Assembly: GCA_028534125.1 (NCBI GenBank)
Contig: CM052818.1
Span: 5,210,001-5,274,000, forward strand
DNA: 64,000 bases
DNA from: Lama glama
Taxonomy: Eukaryota
Direction: 5' to 3'
This document shows, one piece after another, positions 63,401 through 64,000 of this stretch. A program made the position numbers and the translations under genes. Below the pieces are notes generated by a model. It saw nothing but the letters and a program-made list of their open reading frames with translations, was not told the origin of the DNA and did no database searches. Position 1 is the first letter of the stretch; each line of letters opens with the position of its first letter.

Positions 63401-64000
63401 ATACATTCCCCACCCCCACCCCTCAACACAAAAACAGTTTTAGAAATAGTGTGCTATGTGCTTCTGGAGAAAACTTTTATCTTAAAAAGAGAAAATGCTA
63501 TGAAAGCAAAAGGAGGAAAGGAAAAGGAGAGGGAGAAAACAGGAAGAAAAGGAGGAAAAGAAAGATGGATGGGGAGGGGTCAGTGCACTGCGGAGAGGAG
63601 GAGAAACAGCAGATGTGAGAGATTTGGAGACCGAAGGATAAGGCAACAGAGACAGCTGAGTAATGAGACATGAGGAGGGCCAAACCTTCTTAGCTAATAT
63701 GCTTGCACCCTGGAAAGGGGGCCTTACCCTGAGCTCCACATGTGAGAGGGACCCACGTGTCACAAACACACACGTGAGAAATACGCGGAGGAACTCACAG
63801 GTGTTCTGTTGCTCAGGATCTGATGTCCAGTCTGATGGCCCAGTGTGACCCTACGCATCCACGCCTGCAACACCACTGCTGAAGCCCCAGGGCGGGAAAC
63901 GCTTCTCCACATCTATTCCTTATGTCTTTAAAACAAAACGCAGCTTGCATCTGAATGCCAGGCAGGTCTGTGGGTAGGGCTGTTGCTGACCTCAGAGGCA

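Noticed and set aside
1..64000. Prokaryotic-style system (CRISPR array, defence island, operon, retron)
   Set aside because: Mammalian repeat-rich DNA with no long ORFs, no regularly spaced repeat array and no operon structure

Overview
This is mammalian, not microbial, DNA. It is very probably camelid (camel, alpaca or llama), judged from two tRNA-derived SINEs of the vic-1 type and camelid-style L1 3' ends. I recognise no protein-coding exon, RNA gene, CRISPR array or prokaryotic system. The ORF track consists of short chance ORFs, decayed L1/L2 reverse-transcriptase remnants and read-through of two 500-N gaps. The window looks intergenic or deep-intronic: many interspersed repeats (L1 of several ages, L2, MIR, MaLR/ERVL/ERV1 LTRs, MER DNA transposons) separate unique blocks. 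The items most worth checking are: (1) an ungapped 173-bp direct duplication whose two copies each look like a minus-strand terminal exon (pyrimidine tract-AG ... AATAAA); (2) a 78-bp inverted duplication in which one copy kept its CpGs and the other lost them; (3) an orphan CpG island with a (CGG)2AGG(CGG)6 tract; (4) candidate HOX/PBX/MEIS/T-box enhancers, most strikingly near 53.9 kb and 41.4 kb; (5) a twin-primed L1 with a fold-back filler at its inversion junction; and (6) a MER41-like solo LTR carrying GAS and CTCF-like motifs. Repeat family names come from my recall of consensus sequences and boundaries are approximate; confirm both with RepeatMasker/Dfam. The sequence alone does not support a claim of a new biological system.
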